This document shows positions 10,362-20,458 of a stretch of DNA of 64,000 nt, one piece after another. Both the position numbers and the translations under genes were made by a program. Position 1 is the stretch's first letter. Each line of letters opens with the position of its first letter. The notes under the pieces are model-generated. The model saw only the letters and a list, made by a program, of their open reading frames with translations. It did no database searches and was not told the DNA's origin. Source of the stretch: an uncultured Nitrospinaceae bacterium (GTDB lineage: Bacteria; UBA8248); contig CAXFSR010000060.1 of the NCBI GenBank assembly GCA_964005815.1, positions 8,559-72,558 of the forward strand, given 5' to 3'.

Positions 10362-10377
10362 ATGTAGCTCCTAAAAC

Positions 10378-11349
10378 TTATAAGAAAAGATACTTAATCA
10401 AACCAGTTAGAAAAATATTAATGAGTACAAGAGGAAACATAAATTTCCAACCAACACGCATCAATTGATCATATCGATATCTAGGCAATGTAGCTCTAAG
10501 CCAAATAAAAACAAAAATCATAGCGGCTAGCTTTAGCACAAACCATACAAAACCTGGTAAAGGAATTCCAGGAATTCCCATCCAACCACCAAAAAACAAC
10601 GTAATTCCAACGGTTGAAACAACCATAATATTTGCATACTCAGCTAGAAAGAAAAATGCGAACTTCATTCCACTGTATTCTGTATGAAAACCAGAAACGA
10701 GTTCCGTCTCAGCTTCAGGCAAATCAAAAGGGACACGATTAGTTTCCGCTAAAGCAGCAATGAAGAATACTATAAAAGCCAACGGTTGCGAGAATACAAA
10801 CCAACCTTCGGACTGTGCTTCAACAATTTTTTGCATATTTAGTGAACCCGCAAGCATCAAAGGACCGATGAGAGCAAAACCGAGAAAAATTTCGTAACTC
10901 AACATTTGCGCAGCACTTCTCAATGCACCTAGTAGACTATACTTACTGTTTGATGCCCAACCAGCCATAACAACTCCAAAAACACCTAGAGAACTTATAG
11001 CTAGAATCAAAAATAATCCAATATTTACTTGGGTAATATAGAAATTTTCACTAAAAGGTAAAACTGAATATACTACAAACGCGGGGACTAAAACCATGAT
11101 AGGAGCAAGGACAAAAACAACTTTGTCTGATTTTGCAGGAATTATATCTTCTTTCAAGAAAAGCTTAAGTCCATCGGCAATAGGCTGTAAAAGACCGTGC
11201 CAGCCTACTCGCATTGGACCCAATCGCATTTGTATGTGAGCAATAATTTTTCTCTCCAGATAGGTCAAATAAGCAACCACTAGAGAAACAACTAAAAGTA
11301 CTACTGCAATTTTAATAAACGCTATTAATGCCTCTGTTGCAATATCCAA
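10378..11349 (-). CDS. nuoH: NADH-quinone oxidoreductase subunit H (operon 2)
   Basis: [37 protein letters not shown]. Confidence 0.95.
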   Translation of the reverse strand: MDIATEALIAFIKIAVVLLVVSLVVAYLTYLERKIIAHIQMRLGPMRVGWHGLLQPIADGLKLFLKEDIIPAKSDKVVFVLAPIMVLVPAFVVYSVLPFSENFYITQVNIGLFLILAISSLGVFGVVMAGWASNSKYSLLGALRSAAQMLSYEIFLGFALIGPLMLAGSLNMQKIVEAQSEGWFVFSQPLAFIVFFIAALAETNRVPFDLPEAETELVSGFHTEYSGMKFAFFFLAEYANIMVVSTVGITLFFGGWMGIPGIPLPGFVWFVLKLAAMIFVFIWLRATLPRYRYDQLMRVGWKFMFPLVLINIFLTGLIKYLFL

Positions 11350-11370
11350 TGAAATAAACTCCCAAACAAA

Positions 11371-12513
11371 TTATCTATCACATTCCCCAAGTACGATATC
11401 TATGCTTCCAATAACGGCAACAACATCTGCAAGTAGACCTCCAACACACAATTTTTTTAGAGCAGCTAAATTTATAAATGACGGGGGTCTAATACGCACA
11501 CGATATGGTGTTTCTGTACCATCGCTAACTATATAGAATCCGAATTCTCCTTTAGGGTTTTCAATACTATGATATATTTCACCCTCTGGAGGCTTAATTG
11601 TTCTTGGTGTTTTACAGCTCACAGGTCCATCAGGTAATTGCTCTAAACACTGCTGTATGATTTTCACACTTTGCCTTAATTCTTCAATCCTAACGATATA
11701 CCTGTCATAAATATCTCCATTTTCGCCAGTAGGAACTACAAAATCTAAGTATGGATAGGCCGCATATGGTTTAGCCCTTCTCAAATCATAATTTACTCCA
11801 CTTGCTCTCAAGAGAGGACCAGACAAACCAAAATCAACTGCATCTTCACCTGAAATAACTCCCACTCCACGAGTACGTTGAAGCCAAATACGATTATTAG
11901 TCAAAAGTGTTTCATAATCTTGAATTCGACTGGGGAAAATATCGATAAACTCTTGTGCTAATGTCAAAAACTTTGCTGGAACATCTTGCTCCAATCCGCC
12001 TAAACGGAATGCATTCACAGTTAAACGACCACCAAACGCTGTTTCAAATAAATCAAGTACCATCTCCCTTTCTCTAAAGCACCATAGAAAAACTGTCATT
12101 GCTCCAATATCAAGAGCATGAGTAGCTAACCATAACAAATGACTAGCAATACGAGAAAATTCACCAACCATAGAACGTATATAGTTGGCTCGCATAGGAA
12201 TTTCCCAATCGAAAAATTTTTCAACTGCAGTTACCCATGCCAAATTATTAGAAGGAGCAGCTATATAATCCAAGCGGTCGGTATAAGGTATAAACATGGA
12301 ATAGGTTATATTTTCACCTATTTTTTCGGTACCTCTATGCAGGTATCCAATATCACAATCAAGATCTGTCACTGTTTCACCATCTAGATGAAGAATCACA
12401 CGAAGTACACCATGTGTACTAGGATGCTGGGGTCCCATATTTACTACAAGTTCCTCAGCTCCAGTAACAGTCTTTGTTTGAATTTCTGAATTTGTTTCTT
12501 CTATTTCATACAA
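11371..12513 (-). CDS. nuoD: NADH-quinone oxidoreductase subunit D (operon 2, short form)
   Basis: NMGPQHPSTHGVLR, GYLHRGTEK, DRLDY, ends DIVLGECDR. Confidence 0.95.
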   Translation of the reverse strand: MYEIEETNSEIQTKTVTGAEELVVNMGPQHPSTHGVLRVILHLDGETVTDLDCDIGYLHRGTEKIGENITYSMFIPYTDRLDYIAAPSNNLAWVTAVEKFFDWEIPMRANYIRSMVGEFSRIASHLLWLATHALDIGAMTVFLWCFREREMVLDLFETAFGGRLTVNAFRLGGLEQDVPAKFLTLAQEFIDIFPSRIQDYETLLTNNRIWLQRTRGVGVISGEDAVDFGLSGPLLRASGVNYDLRRAKPYAAYPYLDFVVPTGENGDIYDRYIVRIEELRQSVKIIQQCLEQLPDGPVSCKTPRTIKPPEGEIYHSIENPKGEFGFYIVSDGTETPYRVRIRPPSFINLAALKKLCVGGLLADVVAVIGSIDIVLGECDR

Positions 12514-12532
12514 ATTTCAAATCTCCTAATCA

Positions 12533-13126
12533 TTACTCTCCTATTTCCTTTCGTTGAGGCTTTTCATATACTCTCTCGCCTTTTCCTTCTATAGGGTAGC
12601 TTTTAAGCATTGGATGGCTCCCCCAATCATCAGGCAATAAAATTCTTCTCAAGTCAGGATGACCAGAAAAATCAATTCCAAAAAGATCAAAAACTTCCCG
12701 TTCCATCCAATTGGCACTAGACCAAAGATTGGATAATGTAGGAATGGATTGCTCTTCTTGTAATTTCACTTTTAAACGTACACGTCGATTTCTTTCAATG
12801 CTATATAGTTGGTATATTAAATGAAGGGGTAGATCGTCATCTGGATAATGCGTAGCTGTCAAATCAACAAGCATAGTGAACTTAAAGACTTCATCATCCC
12901 TAAGTAAAAGCGCAACTTCTTCTATGGAATCCGGTTTTATAGTAATACTAAGCTCATCCTCAAAATCACTAAATGCTTCAGCATCAAATGTAGACCCTGA
13001 AAATTTAGCCTCTAGAAAATCAAGGATATCCTTACCAACGTCTTCTTTCGAATCTTCCTCTGGGTTTTTTTCTGAGGTCTCTTCCTCTACCTCGGAATTC
13101 TCACCTTGAACTGACTCGTCTGCCAT
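12533..13126 (-). CDS. nuoC: NADH-quinone oxidoreductase subunit C (operon 2)
   Basis: ANWMEREVFDLFGIDFSGHPDLRRIL; acidic N-terminal extension. Confidence 0.95.
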   Translation of the reverse strand: MADESVQGENSEVEEETSEKNPEEDSKEDVGKDILDFLEAKFSGSTFDAEAFSDFEDELSITIKPDSIEEVALLLRDDEVFKFTMLVDLTATHYPDDDLPLHLIYQLYSIERNRRVRLKVKLQEEQSIPTLSNLWSSANWMEREVFDLFGIDFSGHPDLRRILLPDDWGSHPMLKSYPIEGKGERVYEKPQRKEIGE

Positions 13127-13155
13127 CTCATTCCTTAAAAGTTAATTTCTGAATC

Positions 13156-13632
13156 TTATTTGCGAATAAATTTCTCTTGTTCAATTTTTTTCTGTAACTG
13201 CATTACTCCCCACATAAGAGATTCCGGTCTGGGAGGACATCCAGGAATGTAAACATCAACGGGAATAATCTCATCTACCCCTTGCATTACTGCATAATTT
13301 GGATAAGGTCCACCACAAGTTGCGCAATTTCCCATAGCTATAACCCATCTTGGTTCAGGCATTTGATCATAAACTTTTCTAATTGCACTTCCCATTTTAT
13401 GAGTGACTGTTCCAGCAACTATAATTACATCTGATTGTCTTGGGGTAGCACGAAAAATTACTCCAAATCTATCAAAATCATACCTTGCCGCACCTGAAGC
13501 CATCATTTCAATCGCACAACAAGCAAGACCAAATGTCATCGGCCATAAAGCACTTTTCCTAGCCCAAGCAACAAGACTATCTACCTTGGAAGTAATAAAA
13601 TTGTCGTTAAATTTTCCTTCTACTACGCCCAT
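13156..13632 (-). CDS. nuoB: NADH-quinone oxidoreductase subunit B (operon 2)
   Basis: GLACCAIEM (N2 tandem Cys), MGNCA, PGCPP; ATG at 13632 overlaps the nuoA end. Confidence 0.95.
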   Translation of the reverse strand: MGVVEGKFNDNFITSKVDSLVAWARKSALWPMTFGLACCAIEMMASGAARYDFDRFGVIFRATPRQSDVIIVAGTVTHKMGSAIRKVYDQMPEPRWVIAMGNCATCGGPYPNYAVMQGVDEIIPVDVYIPGCPPRPESLMWGVMQLQKKIEQEKFIRK

Positions 13633-14033
13633 TCCAGAGCTCCTTTTTTCCAAGCATAAAAGTATCCTACTAATAAAACTAAAATGAATAACATCATTTC
13701 GACAAAACCAAATAAACCTAAAGCATCATACTTAACTGCCCAAGGGAAAAGAAAAAGAGCTTCTACATCAAATAATAAAAACAAAATCCCTAATAGATAG
13801 AAGCGTACAGAGAACCTTTCATTCGCCTCCATTAATGGAGGAGAACCACATTCATATGCTGATAATTTCTCTGGATCTGGATTATTGGGTCTAATTAATA
13901 GAGCAATTAATAATGTTATGCCTGCAAACGCAAAAGCGAACATTACAAAAATAAAAATAGGCAAATAACCATTAATGAGTTGATAATCTCTAAAAAACAC
14001 ACTTAGAAATTCTGGCACAACAAAATCTTCCAA
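13623..14033 (-). CDS. nuoA: NADH-quinone oxidoreductase subunit A (operon 2)
   Basis: YECG, LFDVE, KGALEW. Confidence 0.93.
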   Translation of the reverse strand: MEDFVVPEFLSVFFRDYQLINGYLPIFIFVMFAFAFAGITLLIALLIRPNNPDPEKLSAYECGSPPLMEANERFSVRFYLLGILFLLFDVEALFLFPWAVKYDALGLFGFVEMMLFILVLLVGYFYAWKKGALEWA

Positions 14034-14086
14034 AAAAATAAAAAAATCGTTTGTAAAAAAGTTCAGAATTAAAATCTACAAAAATT

Positions 14087-14115
14087 TTTATACCATGCTA
14101 TTGATTCTAAACCAA
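14087..14115 (-). promoter_or_regulatory. Putative extended -10 promoter for nuo operon 2
   Basis: Minus strand TTGGTT-17 bp-TATAAA with TG immediately upstream (TGgTATAAA), in the 92-bp gap between the operons. Confidence 0.45.
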
Positions 14116-14125
14116 GTCCAAGCTA

Positions 14126-15610
14126 TCAATTCAAGGAAATATTTGAGCTCAAGGCAAAATCCAAAAAGAAAGATGGAAAGACGCCTAAACTCAATGTTCC
14201 AATTACACATATAACTAATGCAACTACAGCATAAGATAATCTAGACCCCCATACAAATATGAACTGCTCTTTTTTTACATCTTCTACAGGGTCATTCATA
14301 TACATTACAACAATTACTCTTAAATAATAAAATACCGAAACTACGCTATTTAAAACAGCAATAATAGCGAGCCAAACAAAGTCTGACTTTATAGCAGCGC
14401 TAAAAATATAAAATTTTGCAACAAATCCACCTGTTGGAGGAATTCCCGCCAATGCAATCATAAAGATTGCCATGGATAATGCTAATCCTGGTCGAGTTAA
14501 ACCTAACCCAGAGAATTCTTCTATAAGTATTCTTTCTTTTCCATCTTCCTTTTTCGCAAGCATTACGACAGCAAATGCGCCTATATTCATAAATGTGTAA
14601 ACAAATACATAGAAGAGAAAACTAGCAGAGGATAAGGTCCCAGCTTGTTTAATTGTGACTAATGCAATGAGTAAATAACCAGCATGGGCAATACTGGAAT
14701 AAGCAAGCATTCTTTTAATATTTGTCTGCCATATAGCTACAAGATTTCCTAAAGTCATAGTTAATACTGCAATTATCCATATTGTTATCTCAATTTTATT
14801 GGCAGAAAAACCAGAGGAGGCAATAAAAACACGGAACAGCGCTGCAAATGCGGCTACTTTTGGACCTACAGACATAAAAGCAGTAGCAACAGTAGGAGAG
14901 CCTTGATATACATCCGGAGTCCACATATAAAATGGGAAAGCTCCTATTTTAAATCCAAAACCAACAATAATAAGACTGAGCCCCAAAAAGAACACTAACT
15001 TTTGGGAAGAAACTTCATATAATTTGATAATTTCAAAAAGATCTGTAGACCCTGTTGATCCATAAATAAGCGCTATACCAAAAAGTAAAAATCCCGAAGC
15101 AAAAGAACCTAACAGAAAGTACTTCAAAGAAGCTTCATTTCCAATAGAACTAGAACGGAAAAAACCAGCTAGGACATAGAGGGAAAGTGAAAAAATCTCT
15201 AGAGCAATAAAAATCATTACAAGATTTCTTGTCGATACCATAAGCATCATTCCTAGTGTTGCAAAAAGTATCAGCCCTAAAAAATCCCCATATGAGTTTT
15301 CTTCAAATTTTCTCTCCATCGAAGAAATTAAAACAACTAAAAAACTTGAAAAAAGAATTATAAGAAAAAGAGTTCTTGTAAAACCATCAAACAAATACAT
15401 TCCGCCAAAAGAAATTTTGGTGGTTTCCGGACTTGAAAGCAAACATGAGACAAATGTGGTCAACAAAACTATAATAGACAACCAAAACGTGATTTTTCGA
15501 TTTTTATCAGAGGTAAAAATATCGAAAAGTAGAACCATGACAGCGCCAAAAGTTAGAATTGGTATAGGTAGAAAGCTTTTCCAAAAAATTACAGGAAAAA
15601 TAAATTCCAT
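14126..15610 (-). CDS. nuoN: NADH-quinone oxidoreductase subunit N (operon 1)
   Basis: EASLKYF, FKIGAFPFYMWTPDVY, KRMLAYSS. Confidence 0.95.
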   Translation of the reverse strand: MEFIFPVIFWKSFLPIPILTFGAVMVLLFDIFTSDKNRKITFWLSIIVLLTTFVSCLLSSPETTKISFGGMYLFDGFTRTLFLIILFSSFLVVLISSMERKFEENSYGDFLGLILFATLGMMLMVSTRNLVMIFIALEIFSLSLYVLAGFFRSSSIGNEASLKYFLLGSFASGFLLFGIALIYGSTGSTDLFEIIKLYEVSSQKLVFFLGLSLIIVGFGFKIGAFPFYMWTPDVYQGSPTVATAFMSVGPKVAAFAALFRVFIASSGFSANKIEITIWIIAVLTMTLGNLVAIWQTNIKRMLAYSSIAHAGYLLIALVTIKQAGTLSSASFLFYVFVYTFMNIGAFAVVMLAKKEDGKERILIEEFSGLGLTRPGLALSMAIFMIALAGIPPTGGFVAKFYIFSAAIKSDFVWLAIIAVLNSVVSVFYYLRVIVVMYMNDPVEDVKKEQFIFVWGSRLSYAVVALVICVIGTLSLGVFPSFFLDFALSSNISLN

Positions 15611-17160
15611 TACTGACCTCCTCTAGTAGTAATTGAAGATGAAACTAGTCGAGGTTTAATATTTTTTGTCTCTTTTGCAACAAGTTTGCGCCCTTTAATT
15701 TTAAGAAGCAAAGATTTTGTAGAAGGTTCGATTATCTTAAGTATTGGCTTTGGATAAATACCTAACAAAAAAACTAAGAAAATCATCGGCACCAACACAA
15801 ACCATTCGCGAAGATTTAGGTCAGTTAAAATCTTATTAGCTTCTATTCTTATTTTTCCAAATATCACCTTCTGCACCATGGGCAACATGTAGACAGCGGA
15901 AAGAACAACACCAATAGTTGCTATTATCGTGGGGATAAAGTGTGATTGGAAAGAGCCAGACAAAATGGCAAATTCTCCTACAAAACCGTTTAATCCAGGA
16001 AGTCCAATACTACTGAAAACAGTAATCACAAAAAAAACAGAAAAAGCAGGCATCACTTTTGCGATCCCACCAAAATCATCTATCAAACGTGTATGTCTTC
16101 TTCTATAGAGCATGCCAACCATCAAGAAAAGTAGTCCGCTACAAATACCATGGTTGACCATCTGCAAAACACTTCCACCAAGAGCTAAGAGATTAAATGA
16201 AAAAAGCCCGAACATAACAAATCCTAAATGACTTATAGAGGAATAGGCTACAAGTTTTTTTGCATCCCTTTGAATCATAGCCATCAATCCACCATAAATA
16301 ATGCCAACCAACGAAAGAAAAACAAAAAGAGGTGAAAACACAATAGCAGCTTCGGGAAAAAGTGGAATTGCTAGTCTTATGAAACCGTAAGTACCCATTT
16401 TCAAAAGAACACCAGCAAGAATTACACTCCCTGCTGTTGGCGCCTCTACATGTGCATCAGGCAACCAGGTATGAAAAGGGAACATTGGCACCTTGATTGC
16501 AAAAGCTATTGCAAACGCAACAAAAAGCCATGTCTGGAGTAAAGGGTCAACAGGAGAATTTAAGAAAACTAAAATATTAAAAGTCCCAACACCAGTTGCA
16601 AAATATAGCCATAAAATTGCAATAAGCATCAAAACACTTCCGGCCATTGTATATAGGAAAAATTTCATTGCAGAGTAAATTCTTTTCTTCCCACCCCAAA
16701 TTCCAATAATGAAATACATTGGAATTAGCATAGCTTCCCAGAACACATAAAAAAGAAAAAAATCTAAAGAAACAAAAACACCTAACATCGCGGTTTCAAG
16801 AAGAAGCATAGAGAAATAATACAAACGAATGCGTTTCTTGATATCATCCCAAGAAAACAACAAGACTATTGGAGTTAAAAAAGTCGTAAGTAGAATTAAC
16901 GGGAGACTAATTCCATCCAACCCAACTCTATAAGAAACCCCCATAGAATCTATCCATTTAAAATTCTCTACAAATTGCATTTCTGGAGATGATTGAAAAT
17001 TTACAAAAATTACCAATGAAAAAAGAAAAGAAACTAGACTAGAAATTATCGCAATAAGAAAAATTTTTTTACATTGCTTTTCGTTTTTATCCCCAAAAAA
17101 CAAAATAAAAAAAGCACCAATTAAGGGAGAAAAAACCATCCAGCTAATAACAGGAAACAA
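15610..17160 (-). CDS. nuoM: NADH-quinone oxidoreductase subunit M (operon 1)
   Basis: FWEAMLIPM, IKVPMFPFHTWLPDAHVEAP. Confidence 0.95.
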   Translation of the reverse strand: MFPVISWMVFSPLIGAFFILFFGDKNEKQCKKIFLIAIISSLVSFLFSLVIFVNFQSSPEMQFVENFKWIDSMGVSYRVGLDGISLPLILLTTFLTPIVLLFSWDDIKKRIRLYYFSMLLLETAMLGVFVSLDFFLFYVFWEAMLIPMYFIIGIWGGKKRIYSAMKFFLYTMAGSVLMLIAILWLYFATGVGTFNILVFLNSPVDPLLQTWLFVAFAIAFAIKVPMFPFHTWLPDAHVEAPTAGSVILAGVLLKMGTYGFIRLAIPLFPEAAIVFSPLFVFLSLVGIIYGGLMAMIQRDAKKLVAYSSISHLGFVMFGLFSFNLLALGGSVLQMVNHGICSGLLFLMVGMLYRRRHTRLIDDFGGIAKVMPAFSVFFVITVFSSIGLPGLNGFVGEFAILSGSFQSHFIPTIIATIGVVLSAVYMLPMVQKVIFGKIRIEANKILTDLNLREWFVLVPMIFLVFLLGIYPKPILKIIEPSTKSLLLKIKGRKLVAKETKNIKPRLVSSSITTRGGQ

Positions 17161-17173
17161 GACAAAACCCTTT

Positions 17174-19102
17174 TTAAAATCTATTTGAAAAATTAAAAAC
17201 CATCAATAAAATAATACACACTAAGCCAAACAAAATAGATACTGCATATGTTTTAACGTATCCATCTTGTAAAAAACGCAGCGTTAATCCTAGAGACTTA
17301 ACCAATCGACCAGTACCATTCACTGTTGCATCAATTACGTTTTGCTCAAAAAGCTTGAAAAACAAACTTGCAATAGTTCTTAATGGACGTACCAGAATGA
17401 AATCATAAATTTCATCAATATAATATTTATTTTCAAGAAGAGAATAAATACTTACATTGAGTGTTGATGTACTAGGAAGAATTTGTCGTTTTTTGCAACA
17501 GGTTTGATAAGCTAGGAAAATACCTAATAAAGCAACACCAAGAGATAAAAACATTAAGACAAGTTCTAAAGTTAAATTATGATGTAGTTCCACCGAACCT
17601 GATGGACTCAATGCTGAGGAAAGAAATTCAGCAAAAACATTTCCCCCTGATATAATTGGGATACCTACCCATCCTCCCACAATAGAGAAAAAAGCAAGAA
17701 CAAATAATGGGAAAATCATAATCGGTGGCGATTCGTGTACATGTATTTTATTTTCGTTGAAATTTTTATCTCCATAAAAAACCTTAAATACCAGTCTAAA
17801 GGTATAGTAAGAAGTCATTAAAGCACCTAATATCCCCGCAAACCAAAAAAGATTAGAGAAAGAACCACTTGTAAAAGCGGAAAACAAAATTGCATCCTTA
17901 CTAAAAAATCCTGCTAAAGGAAAAACTCCTGAAATTGCCAGAGAACCAATCAAGAAAACAAAACTAGTTTTGGGGATATCAGATTTTATTCCCCCCATTT
18001 TTTCAATATCTTGTTCCCCATCCATTGCATGAATTACACTTCCCGCACCAAGAAAAAGCAAAGCCTTAAAAAAAGCATGAGTCATAAGATGAAACATTGC
18101 TGTTGCATAAGCTCCAAGACCGCAAGCTAAAAACATATAGCCTAGCTGACTTAAAGTACTGTATGCTAAAATTTTTTTAATATCTTTCTGAACCAGTGCA
18201 ATAGAAGCCGCAAATAATAAAGTGAAAGTTCCTATAATCGCTATGATCATAAGAGTCGATGGCGCAAGGCTAAACAGAACATCGTTTCGAACAAGCAAAT
18301 AAATCCCTGCAGTTACCATAGTTGCCGCGTGTATGAGAGCACTTACAGGCGTAGGACCCTCCATGGCATCCGGAAGCCATACATGAAGTGGAAACTGTGC
18401 ACTTTTTCCAGCTGCTCCCAAAAATAAAAAGAGACATAATAAATTTACATTAAGGCTATCTTTGACGAATAGTTCGGATGCACTTTTAGAAATATCTGTA
18501 AAATCAAATGTTCCAAAGACAGTTAGAATATAAAATAAGGCAATAAGAAAACAGAAATCTCCAACTCTATTTACTATGAATGCTTTTTTCCCAGCCTCTG
18601 TAGCAGAAGGTTTTTCATACCAAAACCCGATAAGTAAATAACTACACAAACCTACTGCTTCCCAACCAACAAACATCAATAAAAAATTATCAGCCAACAC
18701 TAGTAATAACATAGAAAAAGAAAAAAGATTCAAATAAATGAAATAACGAACAATACCCAAATCTTCACGCATGTATGCGACAGAATAAATATGAACCATG
18801 AATCCGACACCAGTAATAATTAAAGTCATAATAGAAGATATCGGATCAATCACAAATCCAATTTTAATTATCAAATTCCCAATAGGGATCCAATTAAAAA
18901 GAAATATAGAAACGATTCTATCTTGCGGACTTTGGGATAAAAAACTAAAGAATAGAAATAGAGAAACTAGAAACGATAACAATATTGCTGTGGAAGCTAT
19001 CCAACCAGATAATGACTCTTTTTTCCCTTTCCCCAACAACAGAAGATTTGCGAACAAACCCAAAAGCGGGAAAAAAAGTATCAAGAGAATTAATTTGCTC
19101 AT
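17174..19102 (-). CDS. nuoL: NADH-quinone oxidoreductase subunit L (operon 1)
   Basis: WLPDAMEGPTPVSALIHAATMV; single IDATVNG helix motif. Confidence 0.95.
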   Translation of the reverse strand: MSKLILLILFFPLLGLFANLLLLGKGKKESLSGWIASTAILLSFLVSLFLFFSFLSQSPQDRIVSIFLFNWIPIGNLIIKIGFVIDPISSIMTLIITGVGFMVHIYSVAYMREDLGIVRYFIYLNLFSFSMLLLVLADNFLLMFVGWEAVGLCSYLLIGFWYEKPSATEAGKKAFIVNRVGDFCFLIALFYILTVFGTFDFTDISKSASELFVKDSLNVNLLCLFLFLGAAGKSAQFPLHVWLPDAMEGPTPVSALIHAATMVTAGIYLLVRNDVLFSLAPSTLMIIAIIGTFTLLFAASIALVQKDIKKILAYSTLSQLGYMFLACGLGAYATAMFHLMTHAFFKALLFLGAGSVIHAMDGEQDIEKMGGIKSDIPKTSFVFLIGSLAISGVFPLAGFFSKDAILFSAFTSGSFSNLFWFAGILGALMTSYYTFRLVFKVFYGDKNFNENKIHVHESPPIMIFPLFVLAFFSIVGGWVGIPIISGGNVFAEFLSSALSPSGSVELHHNLTLELVLMFLSLGVALLGIFLAYQTCCKKRQILPSTSTLNVSIYSLLENKYYIDEIYDFILVRPLRTIASLFFKLFEQNVIDATVNGTGRLVKSLGLTLRFLQDGYVKTYAVSILFGLVCIILLMVFNFSNRF

Positions 19103-19103
19103 A

Positions 19104-19406
19104 TTAAAATTTCAACAAATTGACTTCGTCAAGGTCAGTAGATTCTCGATTCCTGTATATCATTACAACAATCGCCAAACCTATCGCCGCTTCTGCAGCA
19201 GCTACAGCCATAACAAAAAAAACAATTAGTTGTCCATCCATAGAATTTAAAAAATATCCATAACTAACAAAGGCAAGATTTGCACCACTCATCATAAGTT
19301 CAATACATAAAATAACAACTATTACACTCCGTCTTACAATTACGCCAATAACACCCAACGTAAAAAGAATTGAACTAAGAAAAAGATAATTTTCTAAAGG
19401 TACCAT
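19104..19406 (-). CDS. nuoK: NADH-quinone oxidoreductase subunit K (operon 1)
   Basis: IELMM, AAAEAAIGLA. Confidence 0.95.
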   Translation of the reverse strand: MVPLENYLFLSSILFTLGVIGVIVRRSVIVVILCIELMMSGANLAFVSYGYFLNSMDGQLIVFFVMAVAAAEAAIGLAIVVMIYRNRESTDLDEVNLLKF

Positions 19407-19423
19407 ACGTCTTCATCCCAAAA

Positions 19424-19942
19424 TTAACGACTTTTTTTTCTTCCTAAAACAACTGCTCCAATGATGCCGACAAAAAGAAGGACTCCCATTGTTTGAAATG
19501 GCAAAAGATATTTCGATAGCAAAAACTGTCCTATTAACTGTGTGTTTCCAACTTCATTAATAAATTGCGGAGTGAAAACTCCCTTGATTTGAGGAGAAAT
19601 ACTCATATCTTTCAAAACGATTATTAAGACCAAAAATACAAATAAACCAAAAACAATCCCCAGTAGTTTCTGGAAAGGAATTTTTAAATCCTTTTTTTCC
19701 TCTTTGTCTAAATTTATAAGCATAATGACGAATAAGAAAAGCATCATTATTGCACTTGCATAAACAATAATTTGAACTATCGCAACAAATTGGGCGTTTA
19801 AAGATAAGAATAATCCAGCAAGACCAAGGAAAGTTACTATCAAACTAAAAACACAATACATGGGATTAGGCAAAGCAACAACTGAAACTGCGCCGACTGT
19901 GGTTACTATTGCCAAGAAATAAAAAACTAAAGTTGATGCCAT
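19424..19942 (-). CDS. nuoJ: NADH-quinone oxidoreductase subunit J (operon 1)
   Basis: QIIVYASAIMMLFLFVIML; position in operon. Confidence 0.93.
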   Translation of the reverse strand: MASTLVFYFLAIVTTVGAVSVVALPNPMYCVFSLIVTFLGLAGLFLSLNAQFVAIVQIIVYASAIMMLFLFVIMLINLDKEEKKDLKIPFQKLLGIVFGLFVFLVLIIVLKDMSISPQIKGVFTPQFINEVGNTQLIGQFLLSKYLLPFQTMGVLLFVGIIGAVVLGRKKSR

Positions 19943-19954
19943 AAATCATAAACC

Positions 19955-20434
19955 TTATAAATAGGTAAGAAGTTTTTCTTCAGGATAGCGGTTTTTTAAT
20001 TCAGGATAATCTTCGTTCCGTTTTACTAAAAAATCTTCTTTTTCATATAAAAATTTACTTCTGTCATCCGCACAAAATTCGTATTCATTGCTAAGAACAA
20101 TTGCACCAACCGGACATGCTTCTTCACAATATCCACAAAAAATACATCTCAGTTCATTGATCTCATAAACAGAAGCATACCGCTCTCCTTTAGAAACAGG
20201 GGAACTAGACTCATTCTCTTCAGACTCAACATAAATACAATCTACTGGACAAGCTGCAGAACAAAGTTTACATCCTACACAACGTTCAAGACCGTCTTCC
20301 CATCGAAGTAATTTGTGTAAACCTCTATATCCTATTGGCATACTTTCTTTTTGCTCTGGATATTGAACAGTCTCACGGCTTTTCCAGGAATGTTTCAGAG
20401 TAAGCCAAAGACCTCTAAAAATAGCAGTAAACAT
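19955..20434 (-). CDS. nuoI: NADH-quinone oxidoreductase subunit I (operon 1)
   Basis: TVQYPE; two 4Fe-4S motifs CVGCKLCSAACP and CIFCGYCEEACP. Confidence 0.97.
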   Translation of the reverse strand: MFTAIFRGLWLTLKHSWKSRETVQYPEQKESMPIGYRGLHKLLRWEDGLERCVGCKLCSAACPVDCIYVESEENESSSPVSKGERYASVYEINELRCIFCGYCEEACPVGAIVLSNEYEFCADDRSKFLYEKEDFLVKRNEDYPELKNRYPEEKLLTYL

Positions 20435-20458
20435 TGAAATCCCTCTATTTTCTGAAAT

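Noticed and set aside
10362..10377. Hidden or frameshifted nuoI between nuoH and nuoJ of operon 2
   Set aside because: The gap is only 16 bp and contains the nuoJ SD; no CxxCxxC remnant
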